In this document: positions 9,612-19,381 of the stretch, one piece after another | Position numbering within the stretch: position 1 is the stretch's first letter | Layout of the letters: each line of letters opens with the position of its first letter | DNA from: Gemmatimonadota bacterium | GTDB lineage: Bacteria; Gemmatimonadota; Gemmatimonadetes; Gemmatimonadales; Gemmatimonadaceae | Assembly: GCA_040389905.1 (NCBI GenBank) | Contig: JAZJZK010000030.1 | Coordinates: 1 to 64,000, forward strand | Length of the DNA: 64,000 nucleotides | Reading direction: 5' to 3' | Made by a program: the position numbers and the translations under genes | The notes under the pieces: generated by a model | The model's database searches: none | The model's input: the letters and a program-made list of their open reading frames with translations, nothing else | Told to the model about the DNA's origin: nothing

Positions 9612-11785
9612 TGTGCGTGATAGAAACCGTAGTCGAGCCTGACGCAGACGAGTTTGAACTGCGGGCTTCACAGACCAGCGGAAGGAATCAGTTTGCATCG
9701 ATAACGCTCGCTGTGAAGGATCACGACCTTCGCGTACACCTCGGTTATCGGCGATGCTTGGTATTCGACGCGGATGATCGACCTGGTCAGGATGCCGGAG
9801 TGATAAAGGGTGACGCGACTCACGCGGTGGCCGTCATCGCGGATGGCGTGGGCCAGTCCTACTTCGGCAATTTGGCCTCCTCCTACCTGAGCGAATGGCT
9901 CTTATCGGTACTTTGGCAGCGACGACATAGTCCACCGACTGAGGAGGAGTTCGTGGTCTCGCTACGTGAACAGGAGAAAGTGTTTGCGCCTACGGTGGAC
10001 GACTGTTCTCATACTGTGCGAAGTCGGCTTCACCAGGCGGCACTCGATAGAGCGAGAGCCAAGGGCTCGCAGACCGTGTTCGCTGCGCTATTACTCGACG
10101 TGGTCACTGCTGAATGTCATCTGTATCAGGTCGGCGATGTTAAGGCAATTGTGTTTCTAGAAGACGGGAGCTCGCAAGACGTCGATTCGGATGCAGCGGG
10201 CCGCTGGTCGAGTAAGGGCAGGACTGCCCTTTGCCTTCGGCACACGAAGGTGTCAAGAGTCTCGCGAATCGTGCTAAAGACCGACGGCGCGTCAGCAGAC
10301 TGGGGCAGATCCACGAATGCACTCGCGAATGATGCCATTGCTTTCGACATGATGGCGGCGGCTTGCGCACCAGATGACGATGTCGCTGTTGCGCAAATTG
10401 CACTCGCGCGGGCAACCGTGCCAGCGGGGTCAATGCCTTCGACTGCGCCCTTAGTCGTCCGTCCTGCGCACTCGCTTGATGAACCAACCACTGTGCCGTC
10501 CGCGCCGCTTTCCGACTCCACTGAAGGTACGGAGGAGGAGCGCTGTGAACTCGAAAGAAGTGCGGCCGACTGTTCTGAAGTATCCGTGCAAGGTGACTAC
10601 AAACCGGTGGCGGGATGTGAGGAAGACACTGCTTCGGGAGATGAAGTCGCCCACATGTCGACGCAGCTAGGTGGAGGGGCGGAACTGGGAGGTAGCATAT
10701 CTGGGGAGGACGCGCGCGAGATTGAGCAGGCGTGTCCGCATTCAGACGCGAGCGCGGGAGCAGCGACCGCTGACCGACCTGAGGCCCACTCTACACCCTC
10801 ATCCACGCCGGAGGCTGCCGACGCCGAAACGAAGGGCGAGGCTTTTGAGTGCGGAGGTGCTCCCCTTGTCCCGCAGCCCGAGGCGAACTCGGATCCACGC
10901 GGCACCGGGGAGTATGAGAGCGAACCTTCTCGTCAGCAAATCGAAACGAATGTACGATCGGAGGCGGAAGGCGGTGAAGCGCACGCGCGCGACGGCGCGG
11001 CAGCACCAGCGTTGCCGCAGGCTCATGCAAGCGATCCAGAGTGTGCTCAGGAGCGCGCGAGTGAAGCTGCTGAGGATCTTGCGCGGCCTGCCGAACAATC
11101 GGAGGAGGACATCAAGTCAGACGCAGGCGTTGTTGACACAGCCGCTGTGTTCACGCAGGCTGATGCGAAAAGAGTTATTTCACAAGCGCTACTCGGGGCT
11201 CTCTTATGCCTCCTGATTTGGGTAACAACCAGCGCTCCAGGCAATTGGCAAGAATGGAGTGGCTTGCGGAAGATACCCGCTGCTGCCGTCGAGCCGCAGG
11301 GCAAGCCACCATTTCAGGAACCTCGCGATGTAAGGCCGGTTGACACTGAGCCGAGCGCGCCGCTGCCTGATACGACGATGCCGGAAGGCGGCATTGTCAG
11401 CGGAACGGAAGCAGGCGCGCTTCTAAGTGTAAGAGCCGTATCGCGACAGGAATGGTTAGCGAATGCTGGTGCGAGGGTTTCCGCCGAGCGCCAACTGGCT
11501 CTGGAACGGATGCCCGAAGCGATGCTGTTTGACATTGCAATTCGCGACAAGCGCGTTACGCATGTGAATGTGACTGCCGCTGATGGCATCGCTATCGATG
11601 CGGCGACTTTCGCGATAGGTGATTCTGGCAACGTGTTTGTTGCTGCCGTCATGCCGATCGAGGAGCGACGGTTGCAGCACGTGCGCATCAATCTGTTGAA
11701 TCAAGGCTCTACGATAGCGTCGAAGGGGTACACGCTTCGGAGAGGCGGAAAATATCGTCTCTCGGTCGCGGCACCGACAAACTAG
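9608..11785 (+). CDS. PP2C-like Ser/Thr phosphatase with acidic linker, transmembrane helix and C-terminal extra domain
   Basis: GQD, AVIADGVGQS, QVGD, KTDG and DDDVA motifs; ~250-aa E/A/S/P-rich linker; TM segment ALLGALLCLLIWVT. Confidence 0.8.
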   Translation: MMCVIETVVEPDADEFELRASQTSGRNQFASITLAVKDHDLRVHLGYRRCLVFDADDRPGQDAGVIKGDATHAVAVIADGVGQSYFGNLASSYLSEWLLSVLWQRRHSPPTEEEFVVSLREQEKVFAPTVDDCSHTVRSRLHQAALDRARAKGSQTVFAALLLDVVTAECHLYQVGDVKAIVFLEDGSSQDVDSDAAGRWSSKGRTALCLRHTKVSRVSRIVLKTDGASADWGRSTNALANDAIAFDMMAAACAPDDDVAVAQIALARATVPAGSMPSTAPLVVRPAHSLDEPTTVPSAPLSDSTEGTEEERCELERSAADCSEVSVQGDYKPVAGCEEDTASGDEVAHMSTQLGGGAELGGSISGEDAREIEQACPHSDASAGAATADRPEAHSTPSSTPEAADAETKGEAFECGGAPLVPQPEANSDPRGTGEYESEPSRQQIETNVRSEAEGGEAHARDGAAAPALPQAHASDPECAQERASEAAEDLARPAEQSEEDIKSDAGVVDTAAVFTQADAKRVISQALLGALLCLLIWVTTSAPGNWQEWSGLRKIPAAAVEPQGKPPFQEPRDVRPVDTEPSAPLPDTTMPEGGIVSGTEAGALLSVRAVSRQEWLANAGARVSAERQLALERMPEAMLFDIAIRDKRVTHVNVTAADGIAIDAATFAIGDSGNVFVAAVMPIEERRLQHVRINLLNQGSTIASKGYTLRRGGKYRLSVAAPTN

Positions 11786-11790
11786 CCACA

Positions 11791-13134
11791 TTGAGTGAAT
11801 TTGTGTCACAAAGATTTCGCCCAAAGCCTAACGATGTTCTCGAGCTGTTCGGAGAAGAGTACGTTGTGCAGGCGCATGCGGCATCTCCTAACTTAGTGCA
11901 CGCAGCAGAGGGGAAGGCCGCGCGTGTGTACAAGGTGCGAAGCGGCCAGGGAAGCATCTATGCTCTAAAGGTGTTCAAAGCTCAATTTCGCAATGCCGAG
12001 CTTGTTGAGATGGCGCTGCGACTTGGGGCACTCAAGCACGTCGAAGGTCTTCAAGCTGCCGAACGACGAGTGCTGACGGGTAGCGACGACGCAGTGGCGC
12101 GATTCGCGGAGCTTCAGTACGCGATGCTGATGCCTTGGGTTACAGGGATCACATTCAACGATCTGCTGATAGTAGCCGGTAAGGCCGGCCACCTGTATGA
12201 CACATCAAGTGCGCTGCGCTTCGGGCGACGCTTTCTGAGTGTCATGAGTGAAATCGAGAAGGCGCGCATTGTTCACGGGGACGTCGCACCCGGAAACGTT
12301 ATGCTGAACATGAAATCGGGGAGAGTAGAGCTGCTCGACCTGGAGGACATCTACATGCCAGGTCAGAGGGCGCCGGAGCAGCTCCCTGTGGCAACAGCTG
12401 GATACAATCACCCGGCACCTTCTCTTGGGAACAAATGGACGGCCTCCGCTGATAGGTACGCCACGGCAGTTCTCGCGGCGGAAATCCTCTTGCTTTCGGT
12501 TCCCGAGCTTGCAATCGAAGCGACCGATGCCGGCGTCTTCCTGGGAAACCGAACAACGGCGCAAGGCGAGTTGCGATTTGCCCGCTGCTCGCCAATACTC
12601 CGGTCAATCGCGCCTGAGTTCGCCAACAGATTTGAGCACGCGTGGAACGCGCAGTCTCTTGATGCATGTCCGCCCATCGCGGTGCTGCGGAATGCGTTGA
12701 ACGCGGCGCGGCTCAAGCCCGTTGCGCACCCGGAGAGCCCGTCTCCTTCGCAGGCTCAGGTGTCTTGGACTCCGAATGCAAGACAAAATCGGGTCGAGAG
12801 TCAGCACCTTGCCTCCGCGATTGGCACGCGCTCCGGTGCGCCCGTGCCGAGGCATGCAGGGGTCGAGTGGCGCCAAGCAAAAGAACCCGTTGCAGATAGT
12901 CTCAATACATCTGGAAGCGTCCCGATCGTGAACGTACCTTCTGCCGCACCTACCGTGTGGGCGCCTAGCGTGCCCGCCGCCGTCGCACCAACGCCTACTC
13001 CTGCAGTCGCGACGCCCGCTGTCGCACACAGCATCCCGACGCGCTACCGTTGGTGGGTGCCGGTCTCGATTGCACTCGTCTGGATTGCGCTGGTAGGCGG
13101 TGCGCTGGGCTGGTACCTTTCGACGGTGATGTAG
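11791..13134 (+). CDS. Ser/Thr protein kinase with Pro/Ala-rich tail and C-terminal TM anchor
   Basis: EGKAARVY, YALKVFK, HGDVAPGNV, LLDLED; C-terminal WWVPVSIALVWIALVGGALGWYL. Confidence 0.85.
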   Translation: MSEFVSQRFRPKPNDVLELFGEEYVVQAHAASPNLVHAAEGKAARVYKVRSGQGSIYALKVFKAQFRNAELVEMALRLGALKHVEGLQAAERRVLTGSDDAVARFAELQYAMLMPWVTGITFNDLLIVAGKAGHLYDTSSALRFGRRFLSVMSEIEKARIVHGDVAPGNVMLNMKSGRVELLDLEDIYMPGQRAPEQLPVATAGYNHPAPSLGNKWTASADRYATAVLAAEILLLSVPELAIEATDAGVFLGNRTTAQGELRFARCSPILRSIAPEFANRFEHAWNAQSLDACPPIAVLRNALNAARLKPVAHPESPSPSQAQVSWTPNARQNRVESQHLASAIGTRSGAPVPRHAGVEWRQAKEPVADSLNTSGSVPIVNVPSAAPTVWAPSVPAAVAPTPTPAVATPAVAHSIPTRYRWWVPVSIALVWIALVGGALGWYLSTVM

Positions 13135-13157
13135 TTCCCCCGCTCCGAGGCTTCGTC

Positions 13158-14954
13158 ATGATACGTTGCCGAAAGTGTGACCGCGAACTGGATTCTGCCT
13201 CAGCGGCTTGCGCTGGGTGCGGTACCGTGGTTCCTGCACCCGACGGCGGCGCAGTGTCTTGGCGACCGTTCAAGCCACGAACGAGTCCGCACACTATCGC
13301 TGGCGGCGATGCTGATCTGCGAGTCTCACCGTCTGCTCCAGGATCGTCCTTGAAAACAGTGATTCAGTCGGGAGGAGGCTACTCTCCGGGGCCGGACGCG
13401 TCCAAAAGTGCGCCTGTAGTGTCGAGTTCTCAAAAGGGCGACGCGCCAGCAGACGGGGTGCACTGGAAACCTCGCACTGCTCGCGCACACAATTCATCCT
13501 TGTTGTCAAAAGCCGACCCTCTCCCTGACGATGCGCCACCAGCGTCGCAGAAAGATGCATCATCTGGTAGTCGCGATAGTCTAAAGCCCAAGAATGACGG
13601 TGCGCCCCGCCAAGGCCTGAATGCCGCATCGTCCAATCGAGCGCCGAAGGGCCTATCCCTCAAGTCGCGCCGGATATTGCCGTGCGGTCACTCCCGTCAG
13701 TTACTTGATTTGGTAGACAGTGACTTCGACGTCGTGTGCCCTGATTGTTTCGGTCACTTCTTCGAGTATGCCTTTGTTCCGTACACCGTGTTCGTAGGTC
13801 TCTTCGCTGGCAGCTACTTTTGGCGCCCGCTTGCTTTGCAGAACATGCTGTTCGTGATTCTCGCCCTTTTTTGCATGTGCTATGTTGGGGCGATTCTGCG
13901 CCATCGGCGCAGTCGGCTTCTCACTGCAATGGCGGTGTTTGTGCCGGTTGCATTGCTAGTCTTGGAGCGAGCGGTTAGCGGCGAGATACGGCTCGACGTT
14001 GTAAGCGGTCGGTCATTCGTCGCTCTCAGCGTTCTCGCGCTGGTGCTGCTTGTCGCTTTCGGGCGAGGGGTAGGAACGATCTTGTCAGACCACGCGGAGA
14101 AGGGGGCGTTGCTCCTTTCGGTCACGCTGATACTTAGCATAGCCTCGTCGATTGTGAGCTTGGCGATGAACATAGGTGCCGCTGTGGTTCCCAGTTTGCA
14201 GTCGTATCCGAGTTTTGCCGCGCTACTCGGAATCCTCAACCGTATTCAGACCTATCGACTAGCAGCAGTCGTACTGGCTCTCGGAGTAGTTACGCTGTGG
14301 GCGGGAGGTCTCGCGGTGAACGACGCTAGGGAGAGTATTGGGACAGATCACAGGCCCCTTCAACACTCATTCTGGCAGGAAGTGCGTCGTCTTGCGTTGT
14401 TCTTCCGGCTTGTGGTGGTCCAGATAGTCCAAAGGGTGCTTCAGACTTTTCGGAAGACTCTCCATCATCTGATTGTGGCGGCCGCCAGTAGCCTTCGAGT
14501 GATCCTTCTCATCGCTAGCGCGACGGGTGTGTCCGTTGCGCTTTACCGAGTTGCCATGCTGACGGCTGCGATCTGGGAAAACGAGTTCTTCTTATTGCAA
14601 GACGCTTGGTCGCTACTCGGGCTGGCGTACTGGATCGGCGCCACGTGGGTCACCTGCTGGGCATTTATCGTAGTCGCATTTGTCGGAGATCTTCGGAACG
14701 AGGCGTCCGGCCTCCAGGCTCACGCGGTGCATACCTCGTTGATTATCAGATACAATTTCTTGAGATCCACGCCAATCTATTGGTTCTACCTGTCGTTGGT
14801 GATCTTCGCATCTTGGTTCCTGGTATCTGCGGCGCGGCTGTTCATTCACCCGGATGCGGGTATGCCGCTCGGGGTTGTGTTTGTGACATATTTGGTACTG
14901 GTAACGTCTTTCGGTGTTGTTTGGACACGAGGAATTGCGCCTACGAAGGCCTGA
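13158..14954 (+). CDS. Zinc-ribbon plus disordered region plus polytopic membrane protein
   Basis: ATG at 13158 after GAGG; N-terminal CRKC...CAGC; second Cys cluster CGH...CPDC; ~10 hydrophobic segments. Confidence 0.7.
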   Translation: MIRCRKCDRELDSASAACAGCGTVVPAPDGGAVSWRPFKPRTSPHTIAGGDADLRVSPSAPGSSLKTVIQSGGGYSPGPDASKSAPVVSSSQKGDAPADGVHWKPRTARAHNSSLLSKADPLPDDAPPASQKDASSGSRDSLKPKNDGAPRQGLNAASSNRAPKGLSLKSRRILPCGHSRQLLDLVDSDFDVVCPDCFGHFFEYAFVPYTVFVGLFAGSYFWRPLALQNMLFVILALFCMCYVGAILRHRRSRLLTAMAVFVPVALLVLERAVSGEIRLDVVSGRSFVALSVLALVLLVAFGRGVGTILSDHAEKGALLLSVTLILSIASSIVSLAMNIGAAVVPSLQSYPSFAALLGILNRIQTYRLAAVVLALGVVTLWAGGLAVNDARESIGTDHRPLQHSFWQEVRRLALFFRLVVVQIVQRVLQTFRKTLHHLIVAAASSLRVILLIASATGVSVALYRVAMLTAAIWENEFFLLQDAWSLLGLAYWIGATWVTCWAFIVVAFVGDLRNEASGLQAHAVHTSLIIRYNFLRSTPIYWFYLSLVIFASWFLVSAARLFIHPDAGMPLGVVFVTYLVLVTSFGVVWTRGIAPTKA

Positions 14955-15850
14955 TTGTGGCTCTTCGCGTGCGCGGCGACGTTAGATGGGGCGTCCACGT
15001 CCTTCAATCCCAAGCGCAACGAACAGCGCTGCTCGTGTCCCCTTGCTTTCGGTGTCAGAACGCGCTTTATGATCCGCGACTCTATCGTGATTTGCGGTTC
15101 ATCAGCGGATGGGATGTGCGCGCCAACAAGAGCCCTCGCTCTGTGTCCTGTTATCAATTGCGGCACCCCGTGCCCTTACGGCGGCATTCCTCAGCGGCGC
15201 CTTAGTCGGTGTCGGAGTCGAGTATCATCAGCAAATGCCAGCGGGTTATCCGGCAGGCGATGCGGCACTAACAGTCCATGCCATGGGTCGCCTCTTCCAG
15301 ATGCCAACTTGAGCGCCGTCAATGCGCTCACGTCCGTCCCATCAGCGCGCGGGCAGGTCGCCTACTGCGATTTGCGTACTGCGCTGCGCGATAGGCTACA
15401 GGGCCACCACTGCTAGCGACTCCGCTTGGTAATCGTGGAGAGGTGGTTGCCCGCCAAACGGGAACAAGTCCGCTCGGATCCCTCTTTTCCTCGCAGAAAC
15501 TGGTTGCGCGCTCGGTAGAGGAGGTGACAGGCATGTTGCACGAGATTGGCAGGCCGGCGCTGCTCGTCGCGTCCGAGCGTGATCGCGCGCGACGGGGCAC
15601 GAAGCGTTGGCCGAAACGAATCCACGAATGCCGCAAGCACATCCAACGTGCGCTTCTCGAAAACGTCCCCTTGAAGTGCCGAGACTAGCACCTCGAGAGC
15701 GCTGACACAACGGGCGAGTTGCACACCCCACTCCTATATTGATTGAGCCAACGTGTTGGAGCGGAGCTCGCCACATAGGCGATTCCAAGGGAGAGGAAGA
15801 CACGCCCAAATCTGAGCACGTCTGCATCTTGACCCTGAAATCTGGTAGCG

Positions 15851-16792
15851 ATGGTCAAGCGACCGATTTTCGACGCAATGGAAGAGTGGCGGGCGTACCG
15901 GGACGATCTTCAGGGTGCGAGCTACAGCACCTTCGAGAGCATCATGTCGCGGTACACTGCACAGTTCGCCTTCGGCAGCATACTCGGAGACCTCGCCGAG
16001 GCGGAACTGCCGAGTGTCGACTTTCCGGCTTGGTGGGCCGAGGCGCAGACGACCATGGGCGGCATGGTGGGCTCAGGTACTCTTAGCTGGCCGGTCGAAC
16101 GCCGCGCCCGTGTGGCGCTGCAACGACAATTGCTGATTGGAATGGCCGCAGGGGAGCCAAGCCTTCACGGGGTTGCGTATCTCGCATTCTATGCAGGCGG
16201 TCGATTCGACGATCAAATCCGCGCAGTGGTGGCACAGGTCGTAGAGCCGTTCCACCGTGATCTCACCATACTGCTTCAGCCGCATCTCCAATCAGAGAGG
16301 GTCCAGTCGCTCGGGGCGCAGGTCAGTCCGGCGGCAAGCAGTGCGGGCGCTGGAACCCGTCCGTCATTTGTCTCCGAGGAGCGAATAGCGGCTTTTCGCG
16401 CTCTAGACCAAAAGGCTGGCTTTGATCTCCGAAAGCTGATCAGTCTGTGTGACGAGGCCAACTGGTCGTTTCAGCGCGGGGCCTGGTATTCGGTGGCCTT
16501 TCTCACCAGGGCCTTGCTTGACCACATTCCACCTGCGTTCGGCCAGGAAACCTTCGCGCAGGTGGCGAGCAATGAGCCCGGTCGGTCGTTCAAGGATGCG
16601 GCAAGTGCTCTGCAGACGTTCGCCAGGAAGGTGGCAGACCTGCACCTACACTCCGGTCTTCGGGATCACGAGCTACTTCCGAACGAGTCTCAGGTCTACC
16701 ACGCTCCTGCGCTTGATCTTGTACTTGGAGAAGTCGAAAGGCGCCTAAATCAGCGCGCCACGCTCGCGTCTGCTTCCGCCGAGCCCACATGA
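15851..16792 (+). CDS. Hypothetical protein with a C-terminal HEPN-like helical domain
   Basis: 313-aa ORF; C-terminal FDLRKLISLCDE...RALLDH...RKVADLHLH (an R...H motif with longer spacing than canonical Rx4-6H). Confidence 0.55.
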   Translation: MVKRPIFDAMEEWRAYRDDLQGASYSTFESIMSRYTAQFAFGSILGDLAEAELPSVDFPAWWAEAQTTMGGMVGSGTLSWPVERRARVALQRQLLIGMAAGEPSLHGVAYLAFYAGGRFDDQIRAVVAQVVEPFHRDLTILLQPHLQSERVQSLGAQVSPAASSAGAGTRPSFVSEERIAAFRALDQKAGFDLRKLISLCDEANWSFQRGAWYSVAFLTRALLDHIPPAFGQETFAQVASNEPGRSFKDAASALQTFARKVADLHLHSGLRDHELLPNESQVYHAPALDLVLGEVERRLNQRATLASASAEPT

Positions 16793-17238
16793 GCCGAAAT
16801 ATATCCGCATCGCTTGTGACCGACGACGACGGCTACCTGGGCCGTGAGTGTCCTACGTGTCTCGGACGGTTCAAAGTTCGTGTCACCGACGGGGCGGCGG
16901 TGGTCGATTATTGTCCCTACTGCGCGCACGAAGGCGCTGATTGCTGGTGGACGCCTGAGCAGCTGGAATACTTGCAGGCGTTGGCGCTCGAGCAATTGCA
17001 ACCCGAAATTGATACCATGCTCGAAGGACTCGCTGGCAACAGCGGATTCCTGTCAATCTCCGTCGAGCGCTCTGTGCCGGAGCTACCGACGCAGCCGTCT
17101 GAGGAGGGTGGTCCCAGCGATGTCGTTTCGTTTTCCTGCTGTGGCGCGCAGGCGAAGATCGAATTGTCGCGCCTGCAGACCTTGAGCGGTGAACTGGCGC
17201 CTCCCACATGTGTCGCGTGCGGTATTCCAGCCACGTAG
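16789..17238 (+). CDS. Cys-rich zinc-binding hypothetical protein
   Basis: CPTC, CPYC, CC and CVAC motifs; ATGA overlap with the upstream gene. Confidence 0.65.
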   Translation: MSRNISASLVTDDDGYLGRECPTCLGRFKVRVTDGAAVVDYCPYCAHEGADCWWTPEQLEYLQALALEQLQPEIDTMLEGLAGNSGFLSISVERSVPELPTQPSEEGGPSDVVSFSCCGAQAKIELSRLQTLSGELAPPTCVACGIPAT

Positions 17239-17265
17239 CAAGGCCGCGCCCGCCGGCGAGCGTCG

Positions 17266-17287
17266 ACTGTCCATTCTACTGTCCATT
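17266..17287. repeat. Tandem 10-bp repeat ACTGTCCATT x2 (possible integrase arm-type site near the island border)
   Basis: Exact copies at 17266-17275 and 17278-17287, right after the last island gene. Confidence 0.4.
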
Positions 17288-17502
17288 GACACCAGCAGAC
17301 CTCAGCATTCCCGTGTTTGCAGCCCCGCAGATCGCGCGATCCTAGTGGGTAATTGCTGCAGGATGCTGTAGTTCAGCCTCCCCACCACATTCCGGTGGGG
17401 TGTGTGTATGCCCGATTCTTGTTTTACCGATCCGCCGGGTCGCGCTGCCGCTTTCAAGTGAATCGCAAGAAATGGCGACAGCGGCTTCAGGAGCCGATTT
17501 GA

Positions 17503-17587
17503 AACGGATGCGACGAAAAGAGCCGGATCAATAACCCCTTTGGAGTCATCGATCCGGCGGTTCCCGTCGCTGTCCGTGCTATCCGTT
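17503..17587. repeat. REP-like palindromic intergenic repeat (ACGGAT...ATCCGT type)
   Basis: AACGGAT...CCGGATC / GATCCGG...ATCCGTT inverted arms; shares ACGGATGCGACG with 36552-36563. Confidence 0.45.
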
Positions 17588-17653
17588 CCTCAATCGGTAT
17601 GACCCAGAACCCTCACCGCCCGCGACCGCGTCGAGGACGACGCAGGCCCAGGA

Positions 17654-18580
17654 TCACGAACAGGCTGGTCTGCCATGTGGCAACGCGATCGTGCAGTTCT
17701 TGACCGTTCCGTCCTGCGTAATCACCAGCTTCGCCGTCGCCGACCCATCGTACGTCACGACTTCGCGCCGAGTCGAAACCGTTGGCGCCTTACCCGAGTA
17801 GGTGAGCGTTGCTTTCATCGAACGAATCACCGTGCCGGCGGTCGGATACGTCGGCTTGCCGTTGGTGATGGGGATGATGATGCCGCTCGTCGTATCGCCG
17901 ATTACGCGCGCCACGGTAAACGTCCCGACGGTGTCCTTGCCCGTCGTCGATTCTGTTCCGCCTGACGTGCCGTTCACCGTGCGCTGCGTCGCGGTGCTCG
18001 TCAGACCGGTGACCGTCCGATCGCTGGTGCTCGAAACCGTCGTCACATTGCTGTCGCGGCGCGTCATGGTGCCCGAGACGACCACGTGCGTCTGCACGGA
18101 GTTGGTGGTGCTGTCCTGCGCCGCCTGCGCGGCGCCGGCGGCGTTCTTGTAGATGACTGTCTTGTTCACGGTGATGCCGTTGTGTGTCTCAGGCGCGCAC
18201 GTCACGACGCCCGTCGTCGCGGCAAAGGTGCACGTAGACGACGACGAGAACCCGCCGTGATCGAAGGGACGTCCACCGCCAATCGGGCCGCCGAGGAAGT
18301 CGTCGTGGAAGCCGCCACCCATGAAATCGTGTCCGCCGCCGAGTCCATCACCGAGTCCATTGGGACCGCGGTGCCCGCCGCGCATTCCTGGCATGAATGC
18401 ATCACCCATTGGACCGTTGCCGGCGGCAAAGCTGCTCGCCGCGGACTCGAAGCCGACGGGTGTCGTCAGGAACGCGGCATCGAGCAGATCGTTACCGCTC
18501 GAACCCGTAATCGACTCGGCGCATGCGGCAATGGCGAGCGCGGACGCCGCAAGCGTGATCATTCGTACAGTACGTGTCAT
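17654..18580 (-). CDS. Putative lipoprotein, Gly/Thr-rich
   Basis: Signal peptide with lipobox LAIAAC; ATG at 18580; strongly biased codon usage. Confidence 0.75.
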   Translation of the reverse strand: MTRTVRMITLAASALAIAACAESITGSSGNDLLDAAFLTTPVGFESAASSFAAGNGPMGDAFMPGMRGGHRGPNGLGDGLGGGHDFMGGGFHDDFLGGPIGGGRPFDHGGFSSSSTCTFAATTGVVTCAPETHNGITVNKTVIYKNAAGAAQAAQDSTTNSVQTHVVVSGTMTRRDSNVTTVSSTSDRTVTGLTSTATQRTVNGTSGGTESTTGKDTVGTFTVARVIGDTTSGIIIPITNGKPTYPTAGTVIRSMKATLTYSGKAPTVSTRREVVTYDGSATAKLVITQDGTVKNCTIALPHGRPACS

Positions 18581-18757
18581 CGAAGTGTCTCCGTGATCGC
18601 GGCCGCGTGCTGCGAGACCGTCCCGCATGCTCCATCAGCCGTACGGTTCCAAGACACAAGTGGGGAGCGACACCCTACGGTGCTCGCTCGCTGCCGCTGT
18701 CAAGCGCGGCCGAAGGCGCGCGGGCTGTCAAGCGAGCCGCCAGGCGAGCGGGCTCGC

Positions 18758-19291
18758 CTAAACAATCCATGGCGCGAGCGCCTCCCGCAACTGTTTCAGC
18801 GCGCGCCCCATGCGCGCTTCAACGCTCTTCACGGAGATGCCCAGCAACTCCGCGATCTCTCCATAGGTAAGGCCGCGTGTGCGATTCATCTCGAACACCT
18901 CGCGCTGCGGCTCCGACAGGCTCGCAATGGCTCGTTCCGCCGCGTGTTGCAGCTCCGAAGAGATCGCCCGCGCGTCGGCTGGTGGCGATTCGCTCGGGCC
19001 GCGGACGTACACCTCGCCTCGCTGGGCGGTGCGGGCCTGTCGCAGGCGATTGAGTGACCGGTTGCGCGTCGCTTGTTGGAGATACGCCCGGATCGGCCCC
19101 GTCAGCACCAGCGAATCGCGCCGGCGCCAGAGCTCGAGCATCACATCCTGTGCGATCTCTTCCGCCAGGGCACGCTCATTCAATAGACGTGTAGCGCTCA
19201 CCACGAGACCGGGATACTGTTCCCGGAAGATCGTGGCAAATGCCTCTTCGTCCCCGCCGCGAAGGCGGACCAGCAGTTCCGATTCTTCCAC
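18758..19291 (-). CDS. ECF sigma-70 factor (FecI-like)
   Basis: LAEEIAQDVMLELW region 2; LTYGEIAELLGISVKSVEARMGRA region 4; GTG start at 19291. Confidence 0.9.
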   Translation of the reverse strand: MEESELLVRLRGGDEEAFATIFREQYPGLVVSATRLLNERALAEEIAQDVMLELWRRRDSLVLTGPIRAYLQQATRNRSLNRLRQARTAQRGEVYVRGPSESPPADARAISSELQHAAERAIASLSEPQREVFEMNRTRGLTYGEIAELLGISVKSVEARMGRALKQLREALAPWIV

Positions 19292-19381
19292 ATGGGCTAT
19301 ATCGTTGCCCGCGAACGGTGACACAAGTGCCTTCAGGAAACTGCTGCATGGGGTATTCGCACACTTCCGTGTCTGACTGAC

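Noticed and set aside
14955..15850. Several overlapping short ORFs after the membrane protein gene
   Set aside because: No recognisable motifs, SD or consistent codon bias; possibly decayed sequence.
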